DNA from: Euprymna scolopes
Taxonomy: Eukaryota
Reading direction: 5' to 3' (one strand)
NCBI GenBank assembly: GCA_053919585.1
Contig: CM132806.1
Length of the DNA: 64,000 bases
In this document: piece by piece, positions 25,023 to 37,985 of the stretch
Layout: each line of letters begins with the position of its first letter
Numbering within the stretch: position 1 is the stretch's first letter
The notes under the pieces: model-generated
What the model was told of the DNA's origin: nothing
What the model saw: the letters and a program-made list of their open reading frames with translations, nothing else
The model's database searches: none
Position numbers and translations under genes: made by a program

Positions 25023-26709
25023 TATTTTCTCATTTGAAAGGAAACACTATAATTTCTGTTTCTTTACCACGGTCTGTTGGTATTTGTAATTGTGTGAAAT
25101 ATACTCCGTATGTCAGGTTTCAAATTTCCAAAATGGCTACTTTACATGGAGCTGCCAAAATAGAAATGGCGGCAGAAACGATTCAAGGACAGCTTAATAG
25201 CCTTCCTCAAACGGTTCGATTTGTATTCCAACTCGTGGGAACACCTAGTTCAAGATATACGTTCCTGGCGTATCTCAAGCCACAAAGGAAGCTAGAAGTG
25301 TGCATGTGCACATATTGTAGAAAGCGAGAGGAATGTACTATTAGAAAAGTTAGTGTAGTCAGCCCCCCTACTACAGAATCATCTTACTGGTATCCGACAT
25401 ACGGGAGATAATTCACAACTAAAATCGGTCTGGCGAGCTATCTCCGGACAGACAGAACTATTACATAAAGAGGGTCATCTTCGTAAGAGTTGGATTAACA
25501 CAATAATCGTTAAAGCTCCATAAAATTGATACAAAGATATAACGAAGTCACCGTCACGTATGCATATAATCGTGGCGCGAGGCGACGTCACAGCGAACGA
25601 AAGAAAGAGAAAATTAATAGAGAAAAAAAAAAGCACGTGACGGCGAGACTTTTAAGCACGTGTCGATACAGCGGAGTTTTTTCTAACCACGTGGCGGCAA
25701 AATAAGAACTTTAAAACAAAATGCAGGGCCAATTCAATTTATCTCCGAACGTTTTACAAAATTTTTGGATGACCATATTGTCGGTGTCTCATAAAATACA
25801 TGTCAGGCGACCGGTAATAACAGCCATTTCTGTCAACTAAACGAACAAAACTCGTGTCGAATTTATTTTACTTTGTTCCTTTGCGAAACTTTCATAAACA
25901 ACGTCAGAGCCGAATTATATGAAGAAGCCACGTTACAGATGCCTGAGTGGGTTTCATAGCAATTGCCTACGGTTTCTTTATCATTAAAAATTCAAAATGT
26001 TCTGAATCACATATTGACCAACCCTGTTATACTGGTATTTTATTCAGTGGACGATAACATTCTCTTGACAGTGTCCTAACATTTGTTTATTACTATTTTA
26101 GTATATTTGATTAATAATTTCGATTGTCAGTGTGCGTCAAAAGATGGCCCAGACTTTGATCAAAGAGATTACGCAGTCATCTGTCTATATCAGTCTGTTT
26201 GGTACTCAAATTATATATGTTACAAATAGATTCATATTACTATTGTTTTTATATTTGGTCAATTGAATATGACTATGTATTATCTTTATCCACTTATACT
26301 TAATTGGTCCCCCGACAAAGGAGAGTCGATCTAGTAATTCACTCCCGTAAATGTAAATTTTTGCCAGAACGAATGTTCTAGGATGATTCTGGTTGCTCTG
26401 TAGTGACCATTATAGAGGAAAAATTGTTGGTCCCCCGACAAAAGAAGAACTGGCAATAGTAATTCACTTCCGTTCGTCTGATTGTCCGTTCGTTTGTTCG
26501 CACTCTTCTAAATAACGACGCCTTGGAGTTTTATTAAATTTTGCACAATTAGACATGGTGAAGTAAACTTTTGCCAGAACGGATTTTCCAGGATAACTCT
26601 AGCTGCCCCTAGGGGCCATTATAGAGGTAAAATTACCCGAAATCGTTCGTTTGTTCGTTTATTCGACACTTTTCTCTGTAACCACGCTTTGGAAAATGTG
26701 CACAAGCAT

Positions 26710-27597
26710 TGTTATATTGGGTTTCATTTTAAAGAGAGTCTTAGAGTCTTATTAGTAAAGATATGAGTCTTAGTGAGTGTTCTTGTCTTATTATAGTGAG
26801 GGATGTTGTAAGACTCAGAGAGAGAGAGAGAGATTTTTGTTGTAAGAGACTTAGAGATATTGTTCATGTTAGGAGAGATTCATATTTATATTAAAACTGT
26901 TTATTCTTTAGATGCTGTAGATTGGAAGAGAAGGAGAAGCTCTTTGAGTGAGGACATGATGATGTTGAGACGTGTATGTAAAGACATATAACACAAATAT
27001 ATAATACAATTGGACTTTACCTTTGTATAAGAATCATATACACAAGACGAGCTTTACAAAACACATGATGGTTTATTCTTCACACGGCCGTGTTCCATCA
27101 CCAAGAATTCAAAGTCTCACATTTTTCCTTGAAGTGACGTCTCGCTCCCAGACGAATGCCTCCCTCTGAGTTTTCTCACTGACTGTTTTCTAACTAAAGT
27201 TTTTCTCTATTCCTCGAACTTTCTATTTTCCGTGAGGTCATACACATGTTAAAACATGTGCATTCTTTCACGTGTCCTGGACATACGTGTCCAAAACTTT
27301 TTCTATTTCTACAAAAGGAATTTTAACCTATATTCAATATGTTAAAAACATTATCTTATAAGCTGCATTCTTTCAATTTAAAATTTCATAACAAACTTGA
27401 TAGTTAACGTTCTTTCCTTGAAATATTTATCTATTTCTAAACAAATGTTTGTTTTACATTTTTAAATTCTCACGCGTAATCTATTTCTAAACTAGATTAC
27501 GAGGTTCGAATTTCGCCTATGCCATTTCATTTTCATTTTAACTAAATTCTCCATTTTTATACTTACATGAAAATGGGACAGCCCTTATCGTGTAACA
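26710..27597. mobile_element. Solo LTR, inserted into an internally repetitive element (~26300-27810)
   Basis: TGTTA...TAACA with a 4-bp TSD GCAT. The flanks rejoin as gcacaagcattagtcacggtgaaag, matching the neighbouring repeat units. Confidence 0.85.
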
Positions 27598-27859
27598 GCA
27601 TTAGTCACGGTGAAAGTAAATTTTTCTCAGAACTGACTTTCCGGGATAACTCTGGTTGCTTCTAGGGGTCATTATAGGGGTAAAATTACCCCAAATCGTT
27701 CGTCCATTCGTTTGTTCACACTTTTCTCAATAACCACGACTTGGATTATTAAAAAAGTTTTGCAGAAACATTAGTTATGGTGAAAGTAAATTTTTGCCAG
27801 AACACCTAGCTTGTCTATGGAGCGTGCGTTTATACCGGATGAAATGAATCACATAACGG

Positions 27860-30270
27860 ATCGGCTTGGAAATTATATTAGTATTCGTCATCAACTTAGT
27901 TAAGAAATTCTTGTCATTTTTTTTATTTCTTTTGTTTTTACAAGTATCTTTCTATCAGTGACGAATTTGCAAAACAACGTGCTTTAATTAAGAATAGCAA
28001 ACAATTATCTCCTTTTGTTCGAAGGAGATATGGTTATGAACATCATGGAAGCAAACATATATTACATTTTTCAAGCACCATGTTAACAGACACCGAGATT
28101 AAAGTCTTATCAAAAGGATTAGATTTCTGTGTCCCCCCTATTATTATAGATAAAGAGATAACCCTTGCTGCGTTCGAGGTTCTGTTATCTCAGATTATAC
28201 ATCATACCTCTATTTTACTGCATAATATTCCTACAATCGGATCCAGTTTAGTTGATCTGGTACACCGATACAGTAACGCTCCTATTGACCACGGGGATTT
28301 TGTTTGGAACAAAACATACTTTAAAACCATTAAAGAACTAAAATCAAATTCTGATATTTATATATGCCAACCAGACAAAGGAGCAGGAGTCGTGATCATG
28401 GATCGTTCAGACTACGTCGAGAAAATGTTATTATTCCGAACAAGTCATCTAAATTCCGTAAACTTGGACCTATCGGGTTGGCAGATAATACTTGCAAAAA
28501 TGAAATCAAAATGCAAAAGCGTCTTCTTGGATTATATAAAAAGAATATTTCTCGAATGACGTTATGACAGGATTAGACCTTCTGGATCATTACGTCCCAG
28601 ACTTTACGGTCTACCTAAAATACATAAGCAAGGTATCCCACTGAGACCTATTTTATCTATGATAGGCTCCGCTCAACATTCTTTGGCTAAGTGGCTTTAA
28701 AAATTTTGCAACCTGTGCGTGAGTTATATACTATGTACTATATACCTAATTCTTTCCGGCTTGTTGAGTATTTCCGTGGGTTAAATCCGGTTTTTGAGAC
28801 ATCTTTTATGTGTTGTTTTGATGTCTCTAGTCTTTTTACCAATGTACCATTGGATGAGACTATACATATTTGCAGCGACACACTCTATTGTGGTCGCCTG
28901 ACTCCTCCCCAGTTTTCTAAGGAGATATTCACAGAACTCGTATTAATGTGTACTAAATTATACAGTTTAGCTTCGCTGATATTATGTACAGTCAGGTCAA
29001 CAGGGTCTCAATGGGATGCCCATTGGCCCCAACTCTACCTGATATTTTCGTCGCTTATTATGAATCTGTTCTTTTCAGTTCAGGAACTAAACCCACGACG
29101 TAAGTTAGATATGTTGACGATACTTTTGCAATGTTTTCATCGCCAGATAAAGCGTCAGCAATTTTCTATGAGTTGAATTCCCTGTATGGGGCTCTGCAGT
29201 ACACTATGGAATGAGAGCAAGAAAACACTCTTCTCTTCTTGGATGTTCTTGTTGGTCGTTCAAGAAGTGGCTTTCTCACTACCATTTACAGGAAGCCGAA
29301 TTTTACTCGCTTGCATGTCAACTGGTCTTCTTTTGTACCTAAATCGCGAAGAATCGGCTTAATTAACACGTTGGTACATAGAGCCCGCATAATTTGTTCA
29401 TCTATTAAATTGAACACCGAACTGGATAAGATCAGGGATATTTCCATTGGTAATGGTTATCCTGAAGACCTTATTAATGATTGTATAAATAAAAAGATTG
29501 CTGATTTCAAATTCCCTAAAATATTTCGCCCTTTAAAATGCCGTGTTTACTTAAAATTGCCGTGGATACGGGATAATGGTACAGAATTAAGTAAACAGAT
29601 GGTTAGAAGTGATATTAATTGCTTCTACTCTGTTTCCTTGCGTTTGGTATTTACTACTAGACCTGCCATTCATTCTTTTTTAAAGGCTCGTTTGCTTTAC
29701 ATCCAAAATAGTAACATTATTTATCAATTTAAATGCCAGTGTGATGCTACGGACGGACTTCCCTGCATTTGCAGACTTGTATAATCCAGCACATTCCATC
29801 TAAGATTAGACAGGGTAAAGTGGGATCTGTGGGTCTCCCTTCCTCAACGATTTTGGACTCCGCAATTGGTCAACATCTGAGTGAGAATCCAGTATAAAAA
29901 AGAGTGATTTCAGATACTTCATAGAGCGGATTCTAAAAATCATTTAAACATTTTAGAATCTTTCTCTATCGCAATTCGTAAACATTTTTTTGTGCCGGCA
30001 GAAGGAATTCTTAAAAGCGCTAAATCTTTTCGGAGAAATTTGACCACCTCCCCATTTAACTTTTTTTTCCATCGCGGTGCTATTTTAATCGCTTTTTATA
30101 CGCTTTATTTAATCAAATTATTCGTTTTAACCGTCCTGTATTGGAATCTTTAATTTATAAAAGATCCCCCATTGATCTTTTTTTCGTCAATAATATTATT
30201 ACAATGCTATCGATTTCTCTTGATGAGATCATGGCTGAAGGGGCTCTTGAGAAATTTCCGCTTATTTTCA
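27860..30270 (+). mobile_element. Penelope-like retroelement (RT plus GIY-YIG endonuclease), frameshifted, with 3' pLTR abutting (TA)n
   Basis: Motifs PDKGAGVVIMDR, LYGLPKIHK..PLRPI, FDVSSLFTNVP, RYVDD, LDVLV, YRKP, NGYP and IIYQFKC.C. Degenerate hammerhead at 30216-30252. Confidence 0.92.
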
Positions 30271-30532
30271 AGTATTATATATATATATATATATATATTA
30301 TAAATCCCAGATGAAGAGCGTGTTTTGCTATTAGTTCACTTACACTAAAATAGCAATTTATTTTTACTTTTATAAGTCGTTGGTATTTTACATAATTTAA
30401 TTGTTATCATTAATATAATGGCTCATTCATCAATCCTTGTGACGTTTACACCTGTTTCACTTTCACACTGCCATCAGATATTTTGACTTTAATACTTATA
30501 TATAATACTTTTTTTTTTCAAATTTTTTGAAG

Positions 30533-30652
30533 ACATCGATGAGTGTGCGTCTGGTCACAATTGTCATAAGGACGCCATTTGCACGAATCTACCTGGATCT
30601 TACAACTGTAGCTGCAAACCCGGTCTTTATGGTGATGGAATAGACTGTTCGC
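30533..30652 (+). CDS. Coding exon 6: calcium-binding EGF ([40 protein letters not shown])
   Basis: T-rich tract with aag acceptor and gtaagt donor. 120 nt, phase 1-1, cbEGF consensus. Confidence 0.95.
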
Positions 30653-31965
30653 GTAAGTATGGAGATTTTAAGATCCCGAAGATAATTTGTAAGAAAATAA
30701 TCGTAAGGATTTGTCACAATAGAATTTATATTTGTCGTTTGTATCCCTCTATCACAAAAGGAAATAAGAACCAGACATTCTTAATCGACGATATATACAT
30801 GTAAAAACAGGAAAAAAATGTAAACGCTACATATTAGGGACCCTACTTCAATAGCGATTGCGTCAGCTAGTATAATTTCTTTACAAAGGTCACATTGAGT
30901 GTATAATAACCCAGATCTGTGTGATACAATCGTTTCTAGGGTCGAATGGAAAATGGATGACGTAAAGTTAACGCAGTGGGCAACAGGCCAAACGGTGGGC
31001 AGAACACGGGTTGAACAATGAACGAATAACGGATAATGAATGACTTCACGTTTACTGAGATAAGGGCAAACTTATGTTTTTAAATCAGTTTCTCCTTGAA
31101 AACTGTGAGAATGAAACGCCGCCAATGATGTAGAACACCATTAATCTCAGCGAATGTTACCGGCGTCTCTATCCGCGTGCCACATTATATCAGTTTAGTT
31201 GAGCAGTTAAGAACTAAGTAATTAGCGCCATACTTTCCAAATAAAAAGCTTGAAGCAAACCCAGCGAACGTCTCTTTGTGTTTCCTTTCTTAATGCCAAA
31301 AAGCTTATTACTATAGCAATGAGGATTAGCAATTAGAATGAAGCATTTTTTTATGGTTTAAATTGATGCGTAGATAATATTCATGGATGAATTTAAAGAA
31401 AGAAGAGAAAAGAGGTATATGAAGAAACGATAGAAAAAAAAGAACGCGCGGGAAAAAGGACTTCGACAATTAGTTTCACACACAAAAATTTCGCTTCTAA
31501 AAATATAAAAAAAGGTTTTCACATCGTTATACATTCTCAAAATCTGGCTCTTGCTGATTATGTTCATGTTAATTTAAGTTTTACTTATACAGTGTTATGC
31601 CATTTGATTTTATACTAGCCATCATTTTTGCCTGGACGAGAAAGAGGCTAGAAATTTTGAGTCTTTTTCCTACACTAACACCAAAATATTACAATCGAGG
31701 ATAAAATTTGTTATATATTTACTTGATCTTGACTGATAGCTACCCACGAATCTATATACGCAACGACAATGAAAAAAAAAACAAAACAACAACAGCGGCG
31801 ACAGGGCAATAATTATAATTTTTAATTCTACATTCTTCGAGAAACTGTTCGGTAACATTTGCTTTCCCGACAGTGATTCCAGCTCATGTTTCCAGATTAA
31901 TCATTTTGTTTAGGCAGATTCTTGTTTCTTGTTTCACGACATATCTACTTAATAACAAGTCCAAC

Positions 31966-32004
<39 letters not shown>

Positions 32005-32497
32005 GTAATAATAGTAATAATAATAATAATAATAATAATACGAATATGAGCAAACCTGCAATCAGATAAAATCACTTTTATATATAGTTTTTACTGCTGC
32101 AAAGACAAAACATGAAACACTACATGGAACCAAGAACACTGAAGCCGCATGTCTATAAGTTATCTAACTACAACCCCACCCCAAGCCTACCAATGCCACA
32201 TCACTGCACCCTCCTCCAAAAAAAGCAGAGTCAAAGAGAAAGGAAAAAACGGAGAACAAGACCAAGCCTCCACTGGATAAGTGCGAAGAGAACTGGGACC
32301 GTGGGAGGCTTATTGCCACTCAAATTCTAGTGAAGACCAATAGCGGCTATTTCGATAATGATAATTTATTTGAAAATGTTATCGAAAGAGGTGGAGAATA
32401 CTGGAAACCTGGTGAGACGTGTTGTCACTCAGCTTCCAGGGAACACCACCGGCTGTTGTCAAGGAGAGATCTTTGATGACCTGTGTGAAAGCTCCTT

Positions 32498-32539
<42 letters not shown>

Positions 32540-32545
32540 GTAATA

Positions 32546-33580
32546 AACTAAAACCGAAAGGGAACCAAGAAAACCGAAAGCGCAAAATACTACCCCCCCC
32601 ACAAAATATGGTGGCGTCTACATCGGATGACGCCACATAAGAGTTGCGAACGGTTTCGGAGGATCGAAGGCTACGTGCATTAGCCAGACCTCTACCAGTA
32701 AAGAATTTAAGGTAAGAAATCAACAAAAAACTGAAACAGAAATGGTTTGAGAAAAAATGCATGGCCAATTCAGTAGTGATTTACAAAAAGCAGTGGACAA
32801 GGGAAAAAGCTGGCGATAGTTGTCAAAATGTAACTTGAAGCTGGGAGAGAAGCCGTAGTATGTGTTGCAAAATGGAGTTATCGCTCAAGACAAATTATGA
32901 GAAATATCACATTAATAAGACGACAGAAAGTCCCATATGTCTACTGTGTAGACAAACAGATGCGAATGTACAACATACCGTCAGTAGTTGTGAGAAGTTA
33001 AAGAGGCGCCATGACAATATTCCGATAAAGTGCAATTGGAAAATATATAAGAAATGTAATTAGTGTAAAACAGCAAGAGAATGTTCCAGAATGGGGTGGT
33101 GGGAGGTGATAATGTGAAATTATTGTGAAATATGAATATCCAATGTGAGAATTTTATTTAAAGAAGGAAACCGAATTTAAGCAAAAAGGAACACAAGACA
33201 ATAATCATTGATAAGGCAGTACCAGTTGCTGTGAACATGGAAGAAAAGAAAATAAGGTCGAAAATATTAAGATTAAGGATGGCGGAGAAAGTAAAAGTTG
33301 TAACTGTTTTGATGGGAGCTTTGGGGAGTGTGGCGGAGAGAGTAAAATTTGTAACTGGGGAGTGTGGTAAAAGAATTTGACAAGTGAATCGAGAATATTG
33401 GGATACATTGCAATTTTTGAGTGCTTCAGAATATTCCCGTGTTGTGAACCGAGATACACTTGCTGAAAGTGTGGCAGGCCTAAGAGAATATACTTGATAG
33501 CCTATGGTTATTTGTTAGGATGTCTCTATCAGATTATAATTGGCAATGTCAACAGACAGACACATGTGACAACAGAAATA
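32546..33580 (+). mobile_element. R4/Dong-like (restriction-like endonuclease) non-LTR element, decayed 3' portion, in (TAA)n; a probable second 3' end at ~32290-32498
   Basis: Remnants HGQF..., TNY.KY.I.KT.ESP.CLLC...V.H.VS.C, KRRHDN and IQC...RKP. Flanked by (TAA)n at 31970-32040, 32499-32545 and ~33578. Confidence 0.7.
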
Positions 33581-33640
33581 ATAATAAAAAATAAACTAAA
33601 AATATAATTAATATTTAAGAACATATCTCAATTACATATA

Positions 33641-33875
33641 TACGGCATAATTACGTTGACACACCGGTTCCCGTCAGAATTCGCAAGTTAAGCAACGTCG
33701 ACCCTGGTCAGTACAAAAATGAGTGACCACTTCGGAATTCCAAGTGCTGTATATGCTCTCTCTGCTTATCTCAGCATTGTTTCCAGTCAGGCTTGGACGT
33801 CTTTTTGCAACTCAACCCAAGCAGTGACAATTCAGAAGTGTGGTTGGGGATTACGCAACATTAGCCTCACAATTA
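33641..33875 (+). mobile_element. 5S rRNA-derived SINE (SINE3-type), older copy
   Basis: 33641-33752 aligns by eye to metazoan 5S rRNA (tacggc..acgttga..caccggttc.cgtc...aagttaagcaacgtcga...gtgacc...ggaat..c...gtgctgta). Followed by a body shared with 39916-40224. Confidence 0.8.
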
Positions 33876-34642
33876 CACGTGTAGCTAACTTATAGACTGC
33901 CCCTTGTCTCTTGAGACTGAATGGAGGCATCGAACTCTGTTACCAATAATAATGAAGTCCTACGTTAGATACAAGAGGGAAGGACATTAACTGGTATATG
34001 AATAAATACCTTTTCAAAAGTTGATTGAAAAGGATGGGATACCTAAAAACATCAGAACTTCAACATTGGCGTATACCCTATAAAGTGGAAAAGAGGAAAA
34101 ATAAAGAAAATGTGAAATAAAATGAAACTATTACTCACACGTATCCAAAAGACAATACATTGTTTTATTTTCGTGTTTTACTGTTCTTTAATTCATGCCA
34201 TTATTTCGTGTTCAAACTTTTCCACAATTACATCAAAATCTATTAATACTGTTTGGCGTTAAACGTTATCCGCGAACCAACACACGTTGTGTGCAGTTTC
34301 AGTCGCAAAGTAGACCAAGACAAATTAATTGGAAATAACTCAAACCAGCTTTCTCTCTGTAGCAACATTTATTTCCTCATTGGTACAGCCGTGACATGAC
34401 CCACGTGATACAGAATGTTCTCCACGTCTCTCACGGGATCTCGAACGTTATCTCTTCTCCCTCAGGATAAATCTCTTTTTCTTTTTTATGTAGTCTTTTT
34501 TTCTTCCCTGGTGACGTCACCTCGCAGGCATTTACATACGCGCATTCGCTCTTTGTTACAACTGTACACAGGTATATTTAATTTTATTTAAGTGTTTAAT
34601 CAGCACTACGTTTATGTTTTCCTTTTTAAAATTATTTTTCAG

Positions 34643-34746
34643 GAACTCCACCCACATGTCAAGGTGTACTTGATCTGAACCCACTTGCGAGAACAGGTTA
34701 TTACCAAATTGACCCTGATGGTTCAGGACCTTTAAAACGCATAAAA
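34643..34746 (+). CDS. Coding exon 7: start of Caspr-type fibrinogen-like domain 1 (TPPTCQGVLDLNPLARTGYYQIDPDGSGPLKRIK)
   Basis: tttttcag acceptor and gtaggt donor, phase 1-0. YYxIDPDGSGPL is the Caspr/Neurexin-IV signature. Confidence 0.93.
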
Positions 34747-37388
34747 GTAGGTTTCACTTTCGAAAACTATATAATTACTTTTACCTATATTAATTACGAT
34801 GCTTGTCCTTACAAAATATAATGGGGGAAATATGGCAGGTTCAAATAAATAATCAGGTAAACCTTTTCATGTACTTTCGAGTCAAGCAATAGTAGATACA
34901 GCAAACATTAGAGAAATTTATGGAGTAGAATTTTAATTAAAAAAATATAAACTACTTTCGTCATTCGTATTAGTTGGATTTACTGTTCTCACCTTCAGCG
35001 TCATTTTCATAAAGTTCTGGTCGATGTAACCTTCTACCTTCTTCAGGTATATCTTGTCAAACTCGGCAATGTTTCTGTCGAACTCGGGGGTTTTGACGAA
35101 ATTTCGAACGGAGTCCTTTATTTACATCACGTGGTAGCATGCTCTTGTTCCATCAGCCATGACAAGATAGAAGTCCTAAGTAATTCGCAATTGTATTTTT
35201 GGTCCCCCACTCTGAGAATTGAACCATTCATCCTTCAGGAGAATAACACTTTTACAATCGATTTTTCAAAGTACTCCAACTACTGCGCCACAGGTCCATT
35301 CAAATAATCAATCCTCTTCTAAAAAGTTCAGAAACGTAACTTTTTCGTATTTTTACGATTAAACATTGATTTTACGATTAAACATTGATTAGGATTTGGC
35401 GAAATGGCAGATTGACTTATGTCCCTTGTTTTGCGTGTTTGTAGGCTTATTAATGGCGAATCAGAAAAATACGATAAAACTGATTTATTTTTTAATTAAA
35501 ATTCTATTTGATAAGTTCCTTATTTATTTTAGATAGATATCTACATGTATGTATATCAAAGAATTTTCATTGTTAATTTATTTACATAATTTATGCAGCA
35601 TCAAAATATACAGATAAAATTCTGCTAAATATTTCATCCGAAAGCCCCCCCCCCAATAAAAACATAATTTCCTGTTTTGCGAAATTTATCTAATTCCATA
35701 TCAAAATGTTCGGTACTAGTTCACTTATTGATCCGTGCTGAAATAATAACGTTATTATTTAAAAAAAAGCCATTCTTAACATGGGGAGGGCAGAGTGTTT
35801 TGTACCTATTCTGTACTTTAACCTTACAATTGAACGAGAAAACATGTAATACAACTTTAATTAAACTTGGAAATGCGATTTAAAAAAATAGCGCGGATCA
35901 GTAAGTGCATTAGCACCAAATGTTCTTTGCTATTGTTGTACTTTTTATGGCAACTCATTTCCAAAAGATATGAATTAATTTACCAACACTGATAAGTGCG
36001 TGTTTTCTGTTCCTATGCCAATAGGTTGCTTTTCAGTTAAATCGAAATTTGTAAACGAACGTATCACCATATTTCATAATAAGAAGATAGGTCTGAATTT
36101 AGTATTTTATATATTAAATCGCTCCAATCTTTATGTTTGCTTCCCGGTGAATCAAATGGCTTTGTTTTGAAAAGTCATCCCATTTTATCGAGAACTCTCT
36201 TTAATACACGAATGTCATATTTCAGCACAAAAAGCAAATAGATCAATCAATACTAACATTCGATTAACATACTCCGCAAACAGAGTAAAAAAAAATCCGT
36301 AAAAATCTATACTACTACTACTACTACTACTACTAATAATAATAATAATAATAATGATAAAAGTATTTCAGAAGGCTTATAGCTATGTTGGATATCGGGA
36401 CAGTAACAGAACATATAAACAAAAACAGATAACCAAAGACAACATTAAAATTATAATTATCTATGTTATTTTTCTGAGAAAATATCTCATTATCAAAAAA
36501 AGTACGACACAAAAAAGAAAAAAAAAGCACAAAAAAACTAAACAAATCCAAGAAGACATTATGCTATCCGATTATAGTCAACAGTAAGTTCATATTTACG
36601 GATTTATATGTGAAAGATGTTATCAACTGTTTTGGATTTGTATTCGTTGTGCTGTTTTTACTGCGTACGTCTTTTTTTTAGTTTGTTTTTGATAAGGAGT
36701 GGTCTGTTCTCGAAATTATCAAAGTCATAATGCTATTTCGGTTATATTTAACAATAAGTTCCTATTTATTGATTTATATGTGACCGAAGCTTTGAAAAAT
36801 AGGTATGCGAAGATTTGTAATTTAAATTCTGCCTTTTGTTGCCTGCTTTGTTTTATACGCAACGTCACTTTGCTTTCCCGATATTCTACATTGCTATCGA
36901 CCTTCTTAAAGACTTACACGTTTGCTTATCAGCAATAATTAAAGCAATCTACCTCTTTCATCCATACTACTACTACTACTACTACTACTACTAAAATAAT
37001 CACAACAATAATAATAACATAATTATAATGTTATAAATTGTCACCCCTTCCTACCTCAAAAGGTAACGTAGTGGCACTAACCTCGGCTGATACTTAAAAG
37101 AATAGTCGTAAAGGGTCACGGAGATAAAAAGGCTTAGGAAGAAGAGTACTAAATATCCTTCCAATAATACAGTGCGAAGAGTAATGAAACCTTGGTGCAA
37201 CCTATATCTCATTAAAGACCAATAATCATTGCGAACGAAGTGATTGTTGTCCTTTGTTTTGACAAACTACTAGAACTGAGTTTTCACTCCAAATTTCAAA
37301 TGGGAGTCTCATACTCAGTCCGTACCTCAAGTTACTGCAAAATTGTCGCTGTATTAGCGGTGTCAGAAATTTTGTGAAAATAGCGAAT

Positions 37389-37985
37389 AATTCCACCCCA
37401 TCTTTCCAAGCTTATAACTCCTCGAAAAATGCAATTCAAGCCCTAATTTTTTTTTTCAATTAAAGGAGCAAGGACCAAGATTTCATTAAAAAAAAAAAAC
37501 AAAAAAAAAACGTGTTTTTTTTTTAAAAAGGTTTTAAACTTCGGACTTTACAGGTAAAATTCTACGAGAACAATATGTTCTTTTTGTTTTAAATTTGAAT
37601 ATATTATGTATTGACCTTTTCTCTTCAATTTGTGAGTAAATAATTATGTACTTAAGCGAGTCTAAATTAATTATTATTAGACATTTACAAAATGGGAGGC
37701 GTGAATTATTCGACCCCCTGTCTTTCCAAGCTTATAACTCCTCGAAAAATGTAATTCAAGCCCTAATTTTTTTTCAATTAAAGGAGCAAGGACCAAGGTT
37801 CCATTAAAAAAAAAAAGAAAAAAGAAAAAACAAATAACGTGGTTTAAAAAAAAGGTTTTAAACTTCAAACTTTACAGGTAAAATTCTAAAAGAACACGAT
37901 GTCTTTTTTTTTTTAAATTTGAATATATTATGTATGGACCTTTTCTCTTCAATTTGTGAGTAAATTAATTATTTACTTTCTAATA
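37389..37985. repeat. Tandem duplication of a ~315-bp unit
   Basis: tctttccaagcttataactcctcgaaaaatg...caatttgtgagtaaat occurs twice (from ~37400 and ~37720). Confidence 0.85.

Noticed and set aside
14185-27597. One 13-kb LTR retrotransposon bounded by the two LTR copies
   Set aside because: Each LTR has its own distinct TSD, and the interior contains host exons rather than gag-pol.
33641-33752. Functional 5S rRNA gene (also 39922-40030)
   Set aside because: Many substitutions and no T-run terminator right after the 5S part. Both continue into a shared SINE body, and one has a TSD.
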